Positions 14,234 through 17,917 of a DNA stretch of 17,917 nucleotides are shown piece after piece (positions within the stretch are counted from its first letter, which is position 1; every line of letters begins with the position of its first letter). The notes under the pieces are model-generated. The model had not been told where the DNA came from. It made no database searches and was given only the letters and a program-made list of their open reading frames with translations. Made by a program: the position numbers and the translations under genes. The stretch covers positions 1 through 17,917 of the forward strand of contig JAHFSZ010000048.1 in assembly GCA_023265515.1 (NCBI GenBank), in the 5' to 3' direction. The stretch is from Verrucomicrobiota bacterium (GTDB lineage Bacteria > Verrucomicrobiota > Verrucomicrobiia > JABWAM01 > JAHFSZ01).

Positions 14234-14258
14234 GGGTTCTGGGTTCTGGGTTCTGGAT
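14234..14258 (+). repeat. Tandem heptamer repeat (GGGTTCT)x3 plus degenerate copy; near-reverse-complement of the upstream array
   Basis: Seen directly at 14234..14254 with a partial copy to 14258. Confidence 0.9.
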
Positions 14259-14289
14259 TCCCACCATTCTTCGTTCAACTGGAAAGCTT

Positions 14290-16101
14290 ATGAGTTTCCT
14301 GTCCTTATGGGCATTTTGGTTTCTGGTGCTGGTGCCTCTGGCAGTGGGGCTTTACCTGCTCCGGCTCAAGCGCAAGCGTCACGACGTTTCCTCCCTGATC
14401 TTCTGGCAGGAGGTCTTGCGCGATGAGCAGAGCACCAAGCTCTTCCAGAAGCTTCGGCGCATCCTCTCACTGCTCCTGCAGATCCTGTTCATCGTCCTGA
14501 TCGTCCTGGCGCTGGCACGGCCCGTTTTGAAGCATCTCATGGGTGATCCCACGTCGCGAATCCTGGTGATCGACACGACAGCCAGCATGCAGGTGAAGGA
14601 GGGCGACAAAACCCGCTTCGAAATGGCGCGTTCCGCCGCGCGGCGGTGGATCGCCCAGTCCTCCTTCAAAGAGGAGACGATGATCCTGGCAGCGGGACGC
14701 GAGCCGAAGGTGGTCTGCCCCTTTTCGAGCGACGAAAAAGTCCTGCTGGAAGTCCTTGCAGCCCTCAATCCGACGGACGCCGCCGGAAGTCTGCTCAGCG
14801 CGCTTGAAGACGCGAAAAAAATCCTTCAGGGCAAGACCGGCGTCCGCGAGATCGTCGTGTTGAGCGACCAGCCCGTCCCGGGCCATTTTAAAGAGGATCT
14901 GGACAAGGGGATGCAGCTGAGCGAGGAGACGTTCGGTACGACGCGGGACAATGTGGGTATTCTGCGTTTTGCGAGCCGCCCTCTGCTTACAAGTCCGGAT
15001 ACTTATGAAATTCTATTCCAGATCAAAAACTTCGGAAGTCAGCCCGTCCAGACCGAGGCGGAGTTTTATCTCAATGACTCCCTGGTTGACGTCAAGCCGG
15101 TCAAGCTCGCCGCCGGCGAAATGAAAACAGAGCTCTACCCGGCGCTTCCCGCGAAGGGGGGGCGGCTTCGGATCGTTTTGAAGCGTTCGGACGCGCTCAT
15201 GGTTGACAACGAGGCCTTCACCATCCTGCCGGAGTTGAAGAGGCAGAAGGTTCTTCTCGTCACCAAGAGCAATCTTTTTCTTCAGCGAGTGCTTCAGGCC
15301 AATGCCCTTGTCGATTTAACGGTGCGGCTGCCCTCGGAATTTTCCGCCGGCATGGCCAAGGAGTTCACGGTGGTCGTCGTGGATGCTTCGGCTGCCGATC
15401 TGAAGGCCCCCGTGGGCGAAATGGCCAATTCAATCTGGTTGGGTACCGTGCCCGGCGTGGCACCGGCGGGGGATCTGGACCGGCCGGTTGTCAGCGATGT
15501 TGAGGACCAAAACCCCCTCGTCCGGCTGGCCGCCATGCGCAACATCACCCTGGCCAGGGCAAGAAAGTATCTTCCGTCCGATCTCTCCAAAGCCTATCCG
15601 GGATGGACGTTCGATGATCCGGTTCGTTCGTTCGAGTTTCCCTTGATTGTGTCGGCGCGCAAGGGCGACAAGCGATGGGTGGCTTGGGCGTTCGACATCC
15701 TGGACACCGACTTGCCCCTGCGGGTCGCGTTTCCCTTGATGATCTCCAATACGCTGCAGTGGCTGATTCCCGAGCTCGATGAGATTGCCCGGAACGTGGA
15801 TGCCGGCGATATCGTCCCTCTCGCGGAGGGCGAGCAGGCGGCCGGCGGCCGGACACGTTTCTTCGTTCCGGAGAAGACCGGCTTTCATGAGATCAGCACC
15901 CCAAAAGGCAGCCGCTGGGTGGCGGTGAATCTCTTTGATGCCGGCGAATCGGAAGCCAAAGGAGTTTCGAAGGAAGGCCGGGAGCCATCGGGCCGGTTTT
16001 TTGGCGGCCTCGTCCGCCCGATCTGGTTTTACCTGGTCCTCATGGGCGCGACATTGCTCTTGCTCGAATGGTGGTTGTGGAATCGGCGCATTGTAGCTTA
16101 A
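14290..16101 (+). CDS. BatA-like vWA-domain membrane protein (aerotolerance-operon BatA N-terminal double-TM domain + vWA + C-terminal TM anchor)
   Basis: The N-terminus MSFLSLWAFWFLVLVPLAVGLYLLRLKRKRHDVSSLIFWQ...RRILSLLLQILFIVLIVLALARP matches the BatA N-terminal double-transmembrane domain. A vWA-like segment follows (SRILVIDTTASMQ...REIVVLSDQ). The C-terminus has a hydrophobic anchor (IWFYLVLMGATLLLLEWWLW). Confidence 0.85.
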   Translation: MSFLSLWAFWFLVLVPLAVGLYLLRLKRKRHDVSSLIFWQEVLRDEQSTKLFQKLRRILSLLLQILFIVLIVLALARPVLKHLMGDPTSRILVIDTTASMQVKEGDKTRFEMARSAARRWIAQSSFKEETMILAAGREPKVVCPFSSDEKVLLEVLAALNPTDAAGSLLSALEDAKKILQGKTGVREIVVLSDQPVPGHFKEDLDKGMQLSEETFGTTRDNVGILRFASRPLLTSPDTYEILFQIKNFGSQPVQTEAEFYLNDSLVDVKPVKLAAGEMKTELYPALPAKGGRLRIVLKRSDALMVDNEAFTILPELKRQKVLLVTKSNLFLQRVLQANALVDLTVRLPSEFSAGMAKEFTVVVVDASAADLKAPVGEMANSIWLGTVPGVAPAGDLDRPVVSDVEDQNPLVRLAAMRNITLARARKYLPSDLSKAYPGWTFDDPVRSFEFPLIVSARKGDKRWVAWAFDILDTDLPLRVAFPLMISNTLQWLIPELDEIARNVDAGDIVPLAEGEQAAGGRTRFFVPEKTGFHEISTPKGSRWVAVNLFDAGESEAKGVSKEGREPSGRFFGGLVRPIWFYLVLMGATLLLLEWWLWNRRIVA

Positions 16102-16104
16102 GAA

Positions 16105-17262
16105 ATGTTTAAAAAAGTCCTCATCCTCTCAGCATCGGCGGGCGCCGGCCATCTGCGCGCTGCGCAGGCCGTCGAGAAGGCCTTCATTGAGTTGAAGGCC
16201 GCGAAAGAAGTCCGGAACATCGACACGCTCGAGTACACCAACAAAATCTTTCGCGATCTCTACTCGAAGGCGTACATCGACATGGTGAACAAAGCGCCTG
16301 AGATGCTCGGCTGGCTTTACGATGCGTTCGACCGGCCGTGGAAAATGGAAAGGCGGCGGCTCGCCTTCAACAAGCTCAACACGATCCCCTTCGTGAAGAT
16401 GCTCCAGGAGTGCCAGCCGGACATCATCGTTTGCACGCACTTTCTGCCGTCGGAAATCATTTCATCGTTGAAAGGCAAGGAGCGTCTCGCCAGCCGGCAG
16501 GCGATCGTCGTCACTGACTTCGACGTGCATGCGATGTGGCTCTGCCGCCACTACGAGCATTATTTCGTAGCTCTGGACGAGACGCGCGAGCATCTGGCGA
16601 AGCTCGGGATTCCCGCCGAAAAGATCACGGTCTCGGGAATTCCGATCGATCCGGTGTTCAGCCAGGCCAGGGACAAGCAGGCCATGCGCCGCAAACATGG
16701 GCTCCGCGAGGATCTCCCCACCATCCTGATTTCTGCCGGCGGATTCGGCGTCGGCCCGATCGAAAACTTGATGACATCGCTCCTGCAGTTAAAGCACTCC
16801 GCGCAGGTGATCGCGATTTGCGGCCGGAGCGAGGAATTGAGGAAGCGCATGGAAAAAGTCGCCGCCGGCGTCCGTTCCGGCCATCCGGTCGTGGTCAAGG
16901 TCGTGGGATTCACGAAAGAGATGGACGAGTTCATGGCCGCCTCGGACATCGTGCTCGGCAAGCCGGGCGGGCTGACCACGTCCGAAGCGCTGGCAAAGGG
17001 CCTCGCCTTCGTCATCGTCAACCCGATTCCGGGTCAGGAAGAGCGCAACTCCGATCACCTTTTGGAAGAGGGCGCGGCGATCCGTTGCAACAACCTGCCG
17101 GTGCTTGCATGGAAGATCGACCGCCTGCTCGACGATCCGGCGCGGTTTGCGGCGATGCAGGCAAGCTCACGCCGGCTCGGCCGCCCGCGCGCCGCGTTCG
17201 ACATCGTCGGGAAGTTGGTGGAGCTCGCGTCAAGCGGGCTCAAATCCCCGCTTCTTTTTTGA
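16105..17262 (+). CDS. MGDG-synthase-family glycosyltransferase (GT28; UgtP / diacylglycerol glycosyltransferase-like)
   Basis: The N-terminus KKVLILSASAGAGHLRAAQAVEKAF matches the MGDG_synth / UgtP N-terminal motif (kkiLIltasyGgGHvqaAkAl). The C-terminal half (GKPGGLTTSEALAKGLAFVIVNPIPGQEERNSDHL) is a GT28 C-terminal (MurG/UgtP-like) nucleotide-sugar binding domain. It starts 4 nt after the BatA-like stop. Confidence 0.85.
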   Translation: MFKKVLILSASAGAGHLRAAQAVEKAFIELKAAKEVRNIDTLEYTNKIFRDLYSKAYIDMVNKAPEMLGWLYDAFDRPWKMERRRLAFNKLNTIPFVKMLQECQPDIIVCTHFLPSEIISSLKGKERLASRQAIVVTDFDVHAMWLCRHYEHYFVALDETREHLAKLGIPAEKITVSGIPIDPVFSQARDKQAMRRKHGLREDLPTILISAGGFGVGPIENLMTSLLQLKHSAQVIAICGRSEELRKRMEKVAAGVRSGHPVVVKVVGFTKEMDEFMAASDIVLGKPGGLTTSEALAKGLAFVIVNPIPGQEERNSDHLLEEGAAIRCNNLPVLAWKIDRLLDDPARFAAMQASSRRLGRPRAAFDIVGKLVELASSGLKSPLLF

Positions 17263-17848
17263 TCTTCTCGATGTCGAGGCCCTGGATGTAGCCAATCAGG
17301 TTTTGCCAGAGCGGGTGGAAACCAAAGTCGCCCTTCGTCATCTCCTCGATCGCTTCATCCTTGGTCCAGCCCTCCACGGCAACGCGGTAAATGGCGCACA
17401 TCATGCCGGTCCGGTCCGAGCCGTGGCGACAATGGACGAAGAACGGCCCTTTTTTTTCGTCGGTCACGATCCTTAGAAACCGGACCACATCTTCATCCTC
17501 GGGATGCCATGTCTTGAAATGGATGTGTTCGTAGGTGATCCCGGCGCCATCGAGCTTTTCGCCGTCCGAATGCATATCCCGCAGGTTAATGTCCGTCTTT
17601 ATGCCCAGCGCCTTCAGCTCCTGAAAACCCTCGGGAGACGGTTGAGCACCCCGGTAGAGATCATCGCTGACGCGGGCGAAGTTTTTCAATCCGGGCTTCT
17701 CCAGATGCTGTGCCCAGGAGTGCTGGACTGGATTTCTCTTGGAGGTATAACTTCCACGGTTCGGCCCCGGTTTTTCGGCGATGGAGAGAATCCCCAGAAA
17801 GAGCGCGGCGGCGGCCAGTGCGGCGGCGATGGATCGTGAAAGAGTCAT
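17240..17848 (-). CDS. Secreted atypical dual-specificity phosphatase, PFA-DSP/Siw14-like (Y_phosphatase2-type CX5R phosphatase)
   Basis: The product has an N-terminal signal peptide (MTLSRSIAAALAAAALFLGILSIA) and a catalytic P-loop FVHCRHGSDRTGMM. This matches the PFA-DSP signature HC[KR][RH]G[KS][HD]RTG. It is convergent with the GT28 gene, with a 23-bp 3' overlap. Confidence 0.8.
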   Translation of the reverse strand: MTLSRSIAAALAAAALFLGILSIAEKPGPNRGSYTSKRNPVQHSWAQHLEKPGLKNFARVSDDLYRGAQPSPEGFQELKALGIKTDINLRDMHSDGEKLDGAGITYEHIHFKTWHPEDEDVVRFLRIVTDEKKGPFFVHCRHGSDRTGMMCAIYRVAVEGWTKDEAIEEMTKGDFGFHPLWQNLIGYIQGLDIEKIKKEAGI

Positions 17849-17917
17849 GCGTCTGGTTGGATGAAAAGGGGCTGTCAGAATTAAATCCGACCCACGTCAT
17901 TTCGCCAATGCTAAAAA

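Larger units (their letters stand above)
14173..14258 (+). promoter_or_regulatory. Strand-specific long RNA hairpin formed by two arrays of complementary heptamer repeats (intercistronic structure in the MoxR operon)
   Basis: Arm 1 is (AGAACTC)x4 plus AGAATTT at 14173..14207. Arm 2 is (GGGTTCT)x3 plus GGATTCC at 14234..14258. In plus-strand RNA, AGAACUC pairs with GGGUUCU with one G·U wobble per unit, giving 21 or more bp. In minus-strand RNA the same position is an A·C mismatch. The loop is about 26 nt. No U-tract follows the second arm. Confidence 0.6.

Noticed and set aside
1-17917. Mobile elements, CRISPR arrays, tRNA/rRNA genes, integrase or transposase genes
   Set aside because: No direct-repeat/spacer arrays, no tRNA-like cloverleaf-capable GC-rich 75-nt segments and no transposase or integrase-like ORFs were seen. 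The window reads as a core-like chromosomal region.

Overview
This is a high-GC (about 60-65%) bacterial chromosomal window that is densely coding on both strands and contains no rRNA, tRNA, CRISPR array or obvious transposase. The gene content (a MoxR/DUF58/BatA operon, a DUF4339 membrane protein, a PEP-CTERM-like tail and a PrsT-like TPR lipoprotein) suggests a Verrucomicrobia/Planctomycetes-type organism, but that is an inference. From 5' to 3', the recognisable genes are:
- a prohibitin-type SPFH protein with a translationally coupled small membrane protein;
- a DUF4339/GYF-like membrane protein and a small pore-loop-like membrane protein, both on the minus strand;
- a BaiN/HI0933-family flavoprotein followed 22 bp later by the RNA ligase RtcB;
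- a convergent phage-CII-like HTH regulator, and a signal-anchored Ig-like protein;
- a 959-aa TPR lipoprotein resembling the PEP-CTERM-system PrsT family, followed 7 bp later by a polytopic (about 8-TM) membrane protein of unknown family;
- convergent to that, a secreted protein whose C-terminus (VPGL, hydrophobic helix, RLFRRP) has the three-part architecture of a PEP-CTERM-type sorting signal;
- a five-gene plus-strand operon: a Met/Gln-rich coiled-coil membrane protein, a MoxR AAA+ ATPase, a DUF58 protein, a 603-aa BatA-like vWA protein and an MGDG-synthase-family GT28 glycosyltransferase;
- a secreted PFA-DSP (Siw14-like) CX5R phosphatase on the minus strand.

The most unusual observations are:
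- the possible exosortase-like sorting module (TPR lipoprotein, membrane protein, PEP-CTERM-like substrate);
- a strand-specific heptamer-repeat RNA hairpin, (AGAACUC)n paired to (GGGUUCU)n with G·U wobbles, in the DUF58/BatA intergenic spacer, and a second heptamer tandem (AAAGTTK x3) in the neighbouring spacer of the same operon;
- a Met-rich (about 15% Met) segment in the first protein of the aerotolerance-like operon.

All family assignments come from motif recognition by eye and no database search was possible.
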